The position numbers were made by a program, and so were the translations under genes. From the NCBI RefSeq assembly GCF_035594765.1, contig NC_085843.1:25497955-25561954 (forward strand): a DNA stretch of 64,000 nt, given 5' to 3'. This DNA comes from Anolis carolinensis (lineage: Eukaryota). Under the pieces are notes generated by a model. The model saw only the letters and a program-made list of their open reading frames with translations, was not told where the DNA came from and did not search any database. Below, one piece after another: positions 1 to 13,020 of this stretch. Within the stretch, counting starts at the first letter, position 1. Every line of letters starts with the position of its first letter.

Positions 1-170
1 CAGACCATTCATCATTTTTGTCATCCTCCTCTGGATGCTTTCCAGCTTGTCAACATCTCCCTTCAATTGCGGTGCCCAAAATTGGACACAGTATTCCAGG
101 TGTGGTCTGATCAAGGCAGAATAGAGGGGGAGCATGACTTCCCTGGATCTAGACACTATACCCCTATTTA
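1..170 (-). mobile_element. CR1 LINE fragment (3' part of RT), left piece of a CR1 split by an L2 insertion
   Basis: Reverse complement matches the CR1 at ~28095-28270 ([20 protein letters not shown] region); joins seamlessly to 2413 onward. Confidence 0.9.
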
Positions 171-2361
171 GCACGGGCTAAAGCCGCTATTAAGGCTTAC
201 TCCATGGCTCTGCGAGCAGCCAGGAAAGCTTTCACGACTGCCCGCATAGCGTCTGCGGCCAATAGGCCATCGGAGTTGTTCCGAGTAGTAGGGGAGCTCC
301 TACGGCCCCCCGAGACCCAGGAGCTTCCCGATGACTCGGTAACTAGGTGCAGCGAGTTCGCGCATCATTTCGCAGGCAAAGTTGCTCAGATACGTCGTGA
401 GTTGGACTCCAGCTTAACTGTGGTTTCAGCGGAGGTAACCGAGGCACCTGTCGGTTCGATCTTATGGGATTCTTTTCGGCTTGTTCTTCCTGATGACGTG
501 GAGGGGATTCTTGGGTCTGTGAGGGCGACCACTTGCGCTCTGGATCTTTGTCCCTCTTGGCTGGTTAAACTGGCCAAGGATGGGTTGTTGGAGTGGTTTG
601 TGGCTATAATAAATGCCTCCTTGGGTCAGGGGTCATTTCCTTCTTGTTTTAAGCAAGCGGTGGTAAAACCACTACTAAAAAAGACCTCGTTAGACCCATC
701 GGTTTGTGACAATTACAGACCAATCTCCAACCTCCCATTTTTGGGCAAGGTTCTGGAGCGGGTGGTTGCCACGCAGCTCCAGGGGTTTCTCGATGACACC
801 GATTTTCTGGACTGCTCGCAGTCTGGCTTCAGGCCTGGACACAGTACCGAGACGGCTCTGGTCGCCTTGGTGGATGACCTCCGCAGGGAACTGGACAGGG
901 GGAGTGTGACCCTGTTGGTTCTCCTGGATATCTCAGCGGCTTTTGATACCATCGACCATGGTATCCTTCTGGGGCGGCTCTCTGGGATGGGGCTGGGTGG
1001 CACAGTTCTGCAGTGGCTCCAGTCCTTCCTGGAGGGCCGCTCCCAGATGGTGAAGCTGGGGGACACCTGCTCGGACCCCTGGCCATTGACCTGTGGGGTT
1101 CCGCAGGGGTCTATCTTATCCCCCATGCTATTTAACATCTACATGAAACCGCTGGGAGAGGTCATCCGGAGTTTTGGAGGGTGTTGCCATCTCTACGCAG
1201 ATGACACGCAAATCCACTACTCGTTTCCATCTGATTCCAAGGAAGCCCCTCAGATGCTGAACCAGTGCCTGGCCGCTGTGGCGGACTGGATGAGGAGGAA
1301 CAAGCTGAGAATCAATCCCGACAAGACAGAGGCCCTCCTGGTCAGTCGTGCATCGGATCGGGGCATTGGGTGGCAACCTGTGCTGGATGGGGTTGCACTC
1401 CCCCTGAAACCACAGGTCCGCAGTTTGGGGGTCCTCCTGGACTCAGCGTTGACGCTTGAAGCACAGGTGTCGGCGGTGGCCGGGAGGGCCTTTGTACAAC
1501 TCAAACTTGTGCGCCAACTGCGACCATACCTCGTGAAGTCTGACTTGATCACGGTGGTCCATGCCTTAGTTACCTCTAGACTGGACTACTGTAATGCACT
1601 CTACGTGGGGCTTCCCTTGAAGATGGCCCGGAAATTACAATTGGTCCAACACTCGGCTGCCAGATTAATAACGGGGGCAAGTTACAGGGAGAGATCCACT
1701 CCCTTGTTTAAGGAGCTCCACTGGCTGCCGTTCATCTTCCGGTCCCAATTCAAGGTGCAGACCATCATCTATAAAGCCCTAAACGGTTTGGGACCCACCT
1801 ACCTCCGTGACCGTATCTCCCTCCATAAACCTGCCCGATCTTTACGATCATCCGGGGAGGCCCTTTTATCACCACTGTCTATATCCCAGGCCCGCCTTGT
1901 GAGTACAAGGGAAAGGGCCTTTTCTGCTGTGGCCCCCCGACTATGGAACTCACTGCCTACTGAAATCAGGCAAGCTCCCACTTTGTCAGCTTTTAGGAAA
2001 GACCTGAAAACATGGCTCTTTCGCTGTGCTTTCGGTGAGTAATTTCTGTTATATATTTCTGTGTTACTCCCCCCCGAACATCTATCCTCTAAACTGCCCC
2101 ACTTTCATATGTCCCTGTCCACATTGGAGTACCCCTCTGTCCCTCTCACTCTGGGTTTTATCTTTGTGTTCATGCGGCCTGCTCTTGTTTTACTGTTTCT
2201 TGATTCCTTGATGTGATGTTTATTATTATCTATTGTATTATTTTTAATTATGCTATGATATGCTGTTTTTATATTTTATTATATTGTATTGCTCTGGGCA
2301 TGGCCCCATGTTAGCCGCCCCGAGTCCCCGCTGGGGAGATGGTGGCGGGGTATAAATAAAG

Positions 2362-2412
<51 letters not shown>
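171..2412 (+). mobile_element. L2-clade LINE, 5'-truncated, with uninterrupted reverse-transcriptase ORF (204-2042)
   Basis: QSGFRPGHSTET, LLDISAAFDTIDH, GVPQGSILSP, YADD and SRLDYCN motifs; 3' UTR ends in a stem-loop plus (TTA)n tail; probable TSD TATTTA at 165-170 and 2413-2418. Confidence 0.92.
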
Positions 2413-2416
<4 letters not shown>

Positions 2417-3860
2417 TATGCAGGCCAAAATCTAATTGGCTTTTTTCACCGCCACATGACATTGTAGGCTCATGTTTAACTTGTTGTCCACAAGAAGTCC
2501 AAGATCTTTTTCACACATACTGCTGTCGAGCCAGGCGTCCCCCATTCTATATCTTTGCATTTCTTTTTTCTTTTTCTTTTTCTTTTTGCCGAAGTGAAGT
2601 ATCTTGCATTTGTCCCTGTTGAACTTCATTTTGTTAGTTTTGGCCCATCTCTCTAATCTGTCGAGATCATTTTGAATTCTGCTCCTGTCTTCTGGAGTGT
2701 TGGCTATCCCTCCCAATTTGGTGTTGTCTGCAAACTTGATCATGTCTTCTAACCCTTTATCTAAGTCGTTAATAAAGATGTTGAACAGAACCGGGCCCAG
2801 GACAGAAGCCTGCGGCACTCCACTCATGACTTCTTTCCAGGATGAAGAAGATGCATTGGTGAGCACCCTTTGGGTTCGTTCGCTTAACCAATTACAGATC
2901 CACCTAACTGTAGTTTTGCCTAGCCCACATTTGACTAGCTTGTTTGCCAGAAGGTCATGGGGGACCTTGTCAAAGGCCTTACATCCACGGCATTCCCCAC
3001 ATCTACCCAGCTTGTAACTTTTATCGAAAAAAGAGATCAGATTAGTCTGGCATGACTTGTTTTTGGTAAATCCATGTTGACTATTAGCAATGACCACATT
3101 TGTTTCTAAGTGTTAGCAGACCACTTCCTTAACGATCTTTTCCAGAATCTTGCCTGGTATCTACATGAGGCTGACCAGACGGTAATTGTTTGGGTCATCT
3201 TTTTTTCCCTTCTTGAAGGTAGAGACCACATTGCCCTCCTCCAATCTGCTGGGACTTCTCCTGTTCTCCAAAAACTCTCAAAAATGATTGCTAGTGGTTC
3301 TGAAATAACTTCCGCTAGTTCCTTCAATACTCTTGGGTGGCCCTGGAGACTTAAATTCATTTATTCCTGGACGACTTCTTTCCGCAGTTGGGGTTGGATT
3401 TCCCCCAATCCTTCATCCACTCCATGTTGCTGAGGTTGAGGCTGGCTTTCTTTTGTGAGAAGACTGAGGCAAAGAAGACATTAAATAGTTCTACCTTTTC
3501 CCTATCCCCTGTTGGAATTTCCCCATCTTCTCCTTGCAGAGGCCCTATCGCCTCCCTGTTCTTTCTTTTCCTACCAACGTAAACAAAGAAGCCCTTTTTA
3601 TTGTTTTCAGTATCTCTGGCAAGCCTGAGCTCATTTTGCACTTTAGCCTTGCGAACCTTTTCCCTACAGGAGTTGGCTATTTGTTTGAATTCTTCTTTGG
3701 TGATTTCTCCCCTTTTCCATTTCTTGTGCATGTCTCTTTTGAGCCTTAGCCCAGTTAGAAGTTCTTTGGACATCCATTCTGGCTTTCTTTGCACTTGTCT
3801 TATTTTTTTTTCTTTGTTGGTACTGTTTGCATTTGCGCCTTGAGTATTTCACTTTTGAAA
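2413..3860 (-). mobile_element. CR1 LINE ORF2 fragment, degenerate, with internal deletions
   Basis: ORFs 3357-3794, 3106-3360 and 2432-3097 carry CR1 motifs (VPADWRRA, SQHGFTKNKSCQTNLISFFD, GVPQASVLGP, KFADNTKL). Confidence 0.92.
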
Positions 3861-5090
3861 AAGACTCCCTTGTCTTTTAGTATTGGCATCCACAGAATGG
3901 CACTCAGTATTTGTGATAAATGTATACTACAAGTGTGAAAAGTTTTGTCCTGTTAGCCACAAAAATGACAGAGAAATTAGCCTTTAAATTTTCCCCTACA
4001 GGACCACTAAAGGCATCTAGTCCAACCCAACTCAAAAGACTGCAATTGAAAAAAAATCTTAAAATTCAAGTTAACATTAAAATCCTACAAGTGTGGCAAC
4101 TTTCATCCTGAAAGCTGTAAAAAAAAAATTGAAAGCCCAAAGTTCTCTGTAGCTGAGACAATGTGCTTGACCAAGGTGCTTAAATTGCTTAAATTGAAAA
4201 AAAAAACCTAAAAATCAGTGGATGACCAAATTTTTCTGAAACTGCAGAAATGATGCCCTACTCATGCTCTGTTGCTGTGGAGAAATTTAAGAGGATACCT
4301 CTTTTGATTTTTAAAATAAAATTTGTGAAATCTTCTAAATTTTCCTAAAAATCAGTGGATGAGTGAAATGTTTTGAAACTTGTCAGGTTTACAGTTGTAA
4401 ATGTCCCAAGTTTCATAAAAATGATGGAGAAATTAGCCTCTGAAGTTCCCCCATTGCTCCAATGAAATAAAACTAACAAAACGATAACAAATCTTCTGAA
4501 ATTCAGATTTGAAATGAACCACCACCCATATACGACTATTTTGAAATATTTTCAAAACAAAACAATTGACCATCCAAATTTAGAAATGAAATTCAAAACG
4601 GATTTCTGCCATTTAGCACACCCCTATATATAATGGGTATTCTTGTTCTATCATAAGCAAATTATTGTTGAACATATATACCTAGAATTGCACATATTCA
4701 CTGGACACAGAAATGTATTAACTTAAACCAAGATTATTGGCAGATATGCAACAGTTTTGAAATTGTTTTGCCATAGGCCTAGCATGAGTTTAACCTATAC
4801 TGAAAAAAGGTGTATTTATAGATCGGGGAAATGCAAAGTATGGCCCACAGATCACACATTATAGCATCCCAGTACCTTAAGATTGTCCCCAAACCCCTAT
4901 ACATACATACACTTAAAATAATTTAAACAAATCCCAGTAAGACCTGTTGAAGACTAGAATAGATTATTTCTGGGGGTGGTGGGCTCTCCCACTTTGAAGG
5001 TCTTTATATTAGAATTGAATTCCATGATCTTGAAAGTGCTGTAGTTGTATATTTCATCTCTCCAAATCTAAATGCCAAACACCCCTAGAC

Positions 5091-5212
5091 TTCTTCTTTA
5101 CTCGTTCAGTCGTTTTCGACTCTTTGTGACCTCATGGACCAGTCCACGCCAGAGCTCCCTGTCAGCCGTTGCCACCCCCAGTTCCTTCAAGGTCAAGCCA
5201 GTCACTTCAAGG
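5091..5212 (-). mobile_element. BovB-like RTE 3' end fragment
   Basis: Matches the 3' ends of the copies at 20371, 38443 and 44833; 13-bp TSD AACACCCCTAGAC at 5078-5090 and 5213-5225. Confidence 0.85.
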
Positions 5213-5427
5213 AACACCCCTAGACAGCTTGGAATAATTAGACCTGATCTTTAGCCAGATCTAACTCTTGAAAATAGAAGTCACCTAAAATAGGCTTTTT
5301 CTGGTTTGAAGCAGCACCAGGGGTAGAGTACTATGTTAAAGTCTTGGGGGTGCTGAAAATGGTCTCAGGACCTTAGAAGTTCCCAGTTACAAACAAGACA
5401 AATACAGGAATGGTAAAATAGAAACAC

Positions 5428-5598
5428 CTTAATAGAAAAACCATACGCATATCCTTGAGGGCATAGCACCACATCACCCCAGGTGCCCCACGCTCCTCCA
5501 TTTGGCACAGTGATAACAGAACTATGCTGCCGGGCTTCAGACATCCAGAGGCAGTGGATGAGGATCAAGGATTGCACAGCTCTGACCCAGAGGACCAT
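5428..5598 (-). CDS. VMO1: VMO1-like paralog A, coding exon 1 (signal peptide plus first beta-prism strands); exons 2-3 not in window
   Basis: 57 codons MVLWV...ITVPNGGAWGTWGDVVLCPQGYAYGFSIK, same length as exon 1 of B, C and E; donor AAG|GTGTTT. Confidence 0.85.
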
Positions 5599-5859
5599 TT
5601 TAAGTCTTTGGTTCTAGAAACAAGAACATTTGGGGAGAAGAACAGCCTTGAGAATGTGCTAAATACCATATTTTCTTAAATGTGTGTTTCATTGTAACAG
5701 ATTTGAGATTTTAAAAATAGCTTAGATATTCTCCAGCAAATTATAGATACTGATACTCAAAATACATACAAATTGGAGACCAAGATGCCATCAGTGGTTT
5801 TTTTTACTGTTTTATAGTTTTCCTGTTGTTTTGCAAACAGCAACTTCCTCCCCCAATAT

Positions 5860-8130
5860 TATAGACCCAGACCCTGACCAGATTCGTCCCTATTGAGCCC
5901 CAGAACTAAAGCCACAGCGAATTGGTGTATCAGGAGGGCCTTTTAGACCAGATTAGCCCTGCAGATTAATGTGTGTGGCCCCAGAAGGATTCTCTTTTAA
6001 GGATTATCTCCTGGAACATTGCTGGTTGGGCAAATAAAAGTGGGGATTGTTATTTTAGTAAATATATTTCCGCCTTCGATGTGATCCTGCTGCAGGAAAC
6101 ATGGGCAAATTATACTATTGTTTTAAATGGTTTTGCCACCTATTCCTTGAATGCTAGTCAGGTAAGCAAAAAAGGACGTGCTTGGGAAGGCCTTGCTGTT
6201 CTGGTTTCAACATTATCTGTGTAAGAGACTTTCTTTCCTTTTGGAGTCAAATAATATAATTAATGAGGCACAAGCAGCATTTAGAAAGAACTATTCCACT
6301 ATTGATCATTGCTTAGTGCTCTCTCATCTTGCTGAGAAACACATCAGATTGCTACAGGGTAAGCTGTTTGTGGCCTTCTAGAAAACAGCATTTGACTCCA
6401 ACTCCAAAAATAAATTATGGGAAAAATTGAACATGACTTTGAATGATAAAAGACTTCTAGGCCTTATTAAGGCCCTGTATAGTGACAGCATACTACACAT
6501 CAGATGTGCAACCTGGGATAACACATATTCATCTGTCTAAAGGGGTCAGACAGGGCTACATCTTGCTCCCACCTTTTTAAACATATTCATTAATAATCTG
6601 GAAGAAGTTCTATTGGACCCCAGTGTTCATTTGCACAAGCTCAGAACAAGAAGTCCCTTGTTGTTCTATGCTGATGATGGTGCTATCATCTCACACTCCA
6701 GGGCAGGACTAAGTTACCTACTAAGGAAATTCCTAAATTATTGCTCATCGAATGTCCTAAAAATCAATCACAGGAAATCTAAAGTTCTGGTTTTTGAGGA
6801 AAAAATTCCCCATGCCACCGGTCCCTTGATGGGCATCCTTTAGAACAGGTTAGAAGCTTCCCATATCTGGGGCTGCTTTTCCATCACACTTTGTCCTGGT
6901 TCACTCATATATCTTCTATTTCCCTGAAAGCACAAGTAAGCAGATTTTGTGTTTTAGCTTTGCCAAGGGGTGTTGGTATATACCATTTTCTATTAAAGTT
7001 TTTAACTCCAAGATAGCTACCCAGCTGCTGTATGCTTCCAGCATCTGGATTGGTGGCCTAACATTTAGGATAGATAGGCAAGCACCATTTTTGAGGGCTT
7101 TCTACCAGTTCCACAGATGTATGTTATCCTGTGTCTTACTACTAGAATCCAGGGAAATCCCCCTGTCAGCTAGAGTTTGGAGGTCGGCCCTTAAATATTG
7201 GCTTAAGGTCAATGTTTTCTGTTTGGGCTCGGGTCTAAGTCTCAGCTATCCCCAACAAGCTGACCCGTTCACACCGTGCCAGTTAATTGGAATGGGAGTA
7301 CAGGAATGGCTTTGATGATAAGGGCCATCTGGTTTGGGAGGGAACCATCATCTATCTGGGAATGGAATGTTAGCACTTAGGTGTAGTGTAGAAGGGGGAC
7401 CATGGGGGGGTGGTTTTGATATACTAGTGTTTTGGCGGGATTTAGTCAGAAGTAGCTTCTTTTTCAACTTGGTAAGAAGGATCAATAAAGTGTTTCCAAG
7501 GATTTGCCTGTGTGAGCCTGCTTTGTATACAAGAACTTCTAAGAACTGACAGGATGAGTACACTAGTAGCTGGTTTAAGCTTAATTCTAAAAAGCCTATT
7601 CTATTGGCCTTTCTTTGCCCCTCTTAACTCACATGGGTTTCAACATGGCACTTCAATCTATTAAATAAAGATTGTGGGACACTGCCTTCTGTGAGCTGCA
7701 CTCTCGCTCATATGTTTCTTGTTCCCCAAGAGCCCTGTGTATACACTATGCTGGGTCTCTCCATGAAGCAAATTTTCTTAAGAACTTCACTGTGTCCAAA
7801 TATTGTTGCCTATTCTCCAAGGCAAGATGTATTGTATTCTCATCTAAATTGCTTTGAGATAGATTTGTTAGAGTCCCAAATAATGCAAGACTTTGCCCAT
7901 GCAATAACCAGGAAGTTGAATGTATGTATCACATCTTATTGTTCTGCAGTTTTTACAAACAGGCCTGATTATATATTATTAGCCCACTACTGAGAAACTT
8001 ACTGGGTAGATCAGCCCAATTCCACGTAAAGTTTTTATTAGGAGATAATCTCTCCCACATGACCTTGGCTGGTGACAAGTTTATCTCCGAGATAGCCAGG
8101 ATCATACAATTTCCTGTATTAGACTCAGGC
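5860..8130 (+). mobile_element. Old degenerate LINE ORF2 (APE endonuclease, RT, C-terminal Zn knuckle), probably RTE-X clade
   Basis: IISWNIAGW and ILLQETW (APE); QAAFRKNYSTIDH and LFYADD (RT); RLCPC...HILLFC near 7890-7950; many stops and deletions; boundaries approximate. Confidence 0.7.
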
Positions 8131-8434
8131 TGAAACTTTCCCTGTATTAATTTGCAGTGTTTTCACTCTTGTTCATATGCATCTTGTATAGCATGTTGTA
8201 CTGCATTTTAATCAGTTTTATCAGTTTATTAATATGTCTGCACTTTGTGCACCTTTTACTGCTGAGTCAATTGGGTATTTGGATTGATTGATTGACTGAC
8301 ATTTACATAGATTTATACACAGCAATACTTTCCTACCTTTACTTTACAATCTGAGACCTATTGCTGGGTCTCTTCCTCTTTAGTCGTACTCCCTTTGAAT
8401 CTTGTTTTTCTGAAATTATCCCAAAGGAGACATA

Positions 8435-9073
8435 CCGTGTTTCCCCGAAAATAAGACATCCCCATAAAATAAGACCTAGTAGAGATTTGGGGGAGTTGTC
8501 TAATATAAGACACCCCCTGAAAGTAAAACCTAGGAAGAGGGAGCCGAAAAAGGGAAGGTGCGGCTTCCCCAGCGGCGATGGGAAGGCAAAGGAGGAGCCC
8601 TCCTTCACTTTCCCCAGTGGCGGTGGCCTCCTTCGCCGCCAGGGAAGGAGAGGAGGGAGCCCTTCTTCTCCTTCCCAGGCGGCAGCGGCAGCAGCCCCCT
8701 TCACCGCCCGGGAAGGAGAAGGACGAGCCCTTCTTCTCCTTCCCAGGCGGCGATGGCTCTCTCTTTCGCCGCCCGGGAAGGAGAGGAGGGAGCCCTTCTT
8801 CTCCTTCCCAGGCGGCGGTGATGGCGATGGCCCCCTTTGCCGCCCATGAAGGAGGAGCCCTTCTTCTCCTTCTCGGCTGGCGATGGCTCTCTTTCACCGA
8901 GAAAGGTAAAGGAGAAGAGGGAAAGGCGCACGCCTTTCGCTCCTTCTCCTGCACACTGCAGCCGTGGTGGAGGAGAAGAGAGTGAAATAAGGCCTCCCCT
9001 GAAAGTAAGACCTAGCGTGTCTTTAGAGCCAAAAAATAATATAAGACAGTGTCTTATTTTAGGGGAAACACGG
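8435..9073. mobile_element. Non-autonomous Tc1/mariner-type DNA transposon with an internal GC-rich minisatellite
   Basis: TIRs CCGTGTTTCCCCGAAAATAAGAC and GTCTTATTTTAGGGGAAACACGG; TA on both flanks; about five ~62-bp units at 8570-8890. Confidence 0.85.
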
Positions 9074-9130
9074 TACCTTAGTTTGAAAAACAACACAGAT
9101 TTGCTGACCTTTCTAACTACAATTTTGTTT

Positions 9131-9345
9131 CAAAGGGCTGTTGTAGCACTTTTGAAACTGAGAGACAAAATTTAGTAACATAAGCTTTAGTAAAGTATAT
9201 TCTCTCAAATTTCAGGTTATCTGAGGAAGTACACTTAAGTTTACGAAAGTTTACGATTCCAACTTTGGTCTGTCAGTTAAATCTTAAAAGTGCTACAATA
9301 TCTCTTTGCATCCTGATTTTCCAGATTGACATGGTGATATCTTTG
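9131..9345. mobile_element. Old Penelope-like (Neptune-type) inverted terminal remnants with a degenerate hammerhead core
   Basis: 9131-9195 is a diverged reverse complement of ~9241-9310; CTGAGGA...CGAAAG core at 9222-9249. Confidence 0.5.
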
Positions 9346-11150
9346 AGTGATACAATTCGATTGTTACAACTAACACAAGAGGTGTCATCCAGTTCATTTG
9401 GGTCAATTCTAAGAACCAAAACCAAGCCTACCTGAGAATCAAAACATAGTTTGGATTTCGTTATGAGAGGCAGGGCTACAATGAAAGGTTTATTCTACTT
9501 TTTCTTTATAGTAAAGATAATATAGTAATTGATTAAATAGTTTGGTTCTGTAGACAGCTTAGACTTATTGAAAAATTACTCTGGATCAACACACAATTGC
9601 TCTTCTCATCATTTCTGTATATCTTTCTATACAACTTTAGAATCGTATAATAACAATACCAGTGGCAAGATGGAGAGAAAAAATAAATAGAATTATGAAG
9701 TTTCTAGGATGAGGGATGCTTTTAGAAAAACAAAAGAAGACTCCAATTTTATTCATTTATTGATTTCCCTATCTATAGCAAAGAGCCATGAAATAACCCT
9801 TCCTGGAACCCTGAAAAGTCAATGCTGGCAGTCAGAGCAGATAGAACGGGTCTAATCAATTATCTGATTAACTATAACGTAGCTTCCTCTGCTTCTAACT
9901 GACAGGGTTAGGATCCTTTTCCTTCTTTCCTGCATTGCTGAAGTAGTAAGATAAAAACTATGCAACCCTACTTACAAGCTCACAGCAAGATGTTTTCTGT
10001 AGCCAGAATGAGAGAAAGCTCCTAATGATTTTTTTAAATATGAAAGTGGGTTGGCCTGTAAGCCTGTACAGGAGAGAGACACATTGGCTGTTGTTTCTCA
10101 TGTATAACATTATGTGATTTGCTCCGCTGCTCTGGTTTTTAGCAATTCCAGGCTGATGGAAAGCAATTCATTCGCTTTTCTTTTGTGTCTATCCACCCAT
10201 CCACCACTGACATTGTTGTCCACTATTAAGAAGTTCCTCCATTATCTCCATGTTAGGGATTCACTTTGAAATATTTCAAAAGATCACTGCAGAACCATAG
10301 ATTACAATGGGTTGCTGAGTGAATCTTTTAACAATGATATAAAAATTCATAGCTATATTCTATTCTACCCTTACCAACCATTCTTGGTTGACTATTGTCT
10401 CTGGGATGGCCCCAAAACATTTTAGTTGACTCATATGAAGAAAGAGTTGCCATTTCTCCAGATTTTGTGTGCCAAAAGTTCTTACCTCAAAATTTGTAAT
10501 AGAAGACAAGATGTCTAACATAGCCAATGATGGATTTGAAGATACAGGGGAGGCTGCCTGTCTCCTCTAGTGCCTCTGTGCCCCAGCTCTCCCCTTAGCA
10601 TGTGTCACCTAAAATAGACATCTTCCTCTTTGGAATGGCAAATCCAGCTTTGGTAAGATAAGTTAGAACCACTTTTCATAGACAGATAGAAGAGAGAGGG
10701 AGTGGCAAGCACTGAATAATACATTAATACAGTATGTATGCTCCAGCTCCATATTCCAAAAGAAATATCATGATACTTAGTTCTCTCATTATGGAAATGG
10801 CTACAACAAAAAGAACAGGGAAGGAACAAAGACAAAATTCATATGCTAAAATGAATTGACCTAATTCATAATAAACCATATTAGTACTAATATACAAACT
10901 GCCTAACATTTTTTGCAGTTTGGTCATTTAACTCGGTTCGGATATACACTCTGTGCGATAATGTTTTTACTAACTGTTATGTTTAAATATTTTTTTCTAA
11001 TTTGGAATTTTTAATATAAGAGGTACATTACTGTTATTTTATACCCTTTGATATTAAATGATGTAATTGTGGGATTGAAGGTTTACCATTTTATATGAAT
11101 ATTAACTCTCCTGAGTCCCTCTGGGGAGAGAGGGTGATCTAGAAATAAAG

Positions 11151-11198
<48 letters not shown>

Positions 11199-11730
11199 TA
11201 CAAAGCACATTTTAGTAAATTTCCATATTTTGAAATACTAGACCGTATCACATGGCTGATGGAGTTGCTCTGCTTCGTGAGGGGGGGGGGCATGGGGGAA
11301 GTGTGGGGAGCACATGGAGCTCCTGTGTTGCCATGGTGACGGCATGCGCCAGTTTCATCCTCCTTCACCTACAGAGCCATGACGGCATAGTATGATAGGA
11401 GCTGGAGGGCTCTGTGGATGACTTGGGATAAACCACCACATGCTGCTGAATTTAGCCCTTAGCGATGAGGTGGGCAGACCTTTGAGACAGAGCCAATTTG
11501 TATCTGCTTTTTTAAAATTAAAAAATCCATCATATCAAACTTGGTTGAAAGGATATATGGATAGGATGAGTGCCTACATCAAGGTTCTGTAGTATAACTC
11601 TCTGCATGTAGAGTAATGCATTGATTGTGTTACACAACCCTTGATTTGAAAGGCAGACTTACATAATTACATACATACCTGCATATGCAAGAATATTTGC
11701 CAGAGTCATAGTTTAATACTCAAGCCACTA

Positions 11731-11936
11731 TGGATCTCATCACACTAGAGAATGGATCCACTTTAAATCCGGTTGCTCCTTCTGCAGAATTCTGGAACTT
11801 GTAGTTTAGGGAGGGGCTTTTAAACTGGTCAGTCAGAGAGGTCCTGGGCCTCACAAGACTACAGACCCCAGAATTCTGCAGAAGGCAGTAACCGGATTTT
11901 AAGTGGATCCATGCTTGAGTCTAGTGTGTTGATGCA
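11731..11936. mobile_element. Palindromic MITE (Harbinger-like ends)
   Basis: Long inverted arms ATGGATCCACTTTAAATCCGGTT...AACCGGATTTTAAGTGGATCCAT; related copies near 23477-23680, 24005-24220, 26802-27020 and 58885-59080. Confidence 0.6.
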
Positions 11937-12140
11937 GTAAACCACATTGGCTTTCCAAGGACAAACTATACATTATATTAAGTATATAGTGTGCAAATTC
12001 CTGCTACTTTGTCTATATTTGAAAGTAAGTACTATACAATCTTTCAATTCCTGCTTTCTTCTCAACCCAAATTATCCGGCATGTGCAAATTTGGGGTGGT
12101 GATGGGATGACTGGGGAAATAAAGTTCAAATCTCCCCATC

Positions 12141-13020
12141 TGTTGCACCCCAAGGCAGAGCGAGCACTCGAAAACCAGACCAGAGCCAATATAACACACA
12201 AGACATTTATTGAAGCAGAATATATATATCTATGCGCATTTAAACTGGAAAGTCAGAGTAAGAAATAGTCCATAATACATAGTCTATTGCAATTCAGAAA
12301 GAGTTTATCAGTGTCCAATTTGTAATCCACAAGTGAAGCTCTATAGCTTCCTTTAGAAATAAAAGTTTGTCCATGAAGCAATAGCAGAAACAAAGCACTG
12401 CAAAACTTCTTGAAAAGTCCCGTAGCAAAGTCAAGGAAGCAAGGTAAACAAAGCAGAGTCGATCTCGATTTAGGAACAAGAAAGTCGCGGTAACAAGGCA
12501 AGGTCTACTCAGGAGTCGCAGCTCGGTGCAGCTCTCCTGAAACTGGAAACTCGGCACGGATTCAGAAGACAAGGCAAGGAGCTGGAAACTGGAACCTCTT
12601 CCGAGGAAAGGCAAAGTTGACACTGCAATCAGAATAAAGTGAGGAGTACTTTTAACAGAATCCCAAGTCTGCAAGAATTAGGGAGTGCAGGACCCACAAA
12701 GTTCTCATGGGAAATTTAATCATTATCCAATTTGAGAGCGAGTCTTTGACTTCTTCTCACCCCTTGTTTCCTGCTTCTATCTTTTGTAACAAAATCTCTC
12801 CGATTAAAAGTTCCATTCTTCCCCACGTCTGTACCATCTGGTACAGGTAACACCGGAGAGACTTTGGAATGTCCGTCAATTAGCGGATCCTGTAATATCA
12901 CAATATCCAGCACCTGCAAGGCCTGAAACTGAAGCAGGAATGCCCTCAAAATCCATCGCCTTATCTGTTTCTAACTCTAACTCTCGATGAAACCTGGGCC
13001 ATGATGGCTGAGCCACAACA
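12141..13020 (-). mobile_element. Solo LTR (880 bp, probably Gypsy-type)
   Basis: TGTTG...CAACA ends; 5-bp TSD CCATC (12136-12140 and 13021-13025); AATAAA on the minus strand at ~12206; terminus shared with the LTR at 22447. Confidence 0.85.

Noticed and set aside
1-5427. Exons 2-3 of paralog A
   Set aside because: No DDTALNG-type exon in this interval; it lies outside the window or has been lost
7220-7551. Possible LTR inserted in the old LINE (AATAAA, ends in TGACA)
   Set aside because: No matching TSD or clear 5' end found
8339-9175. Many overlapping 87-198 aa ORFs
   Set aside because: They arise from a GC-rich tandem array inside a MITE; low complexity in all frames
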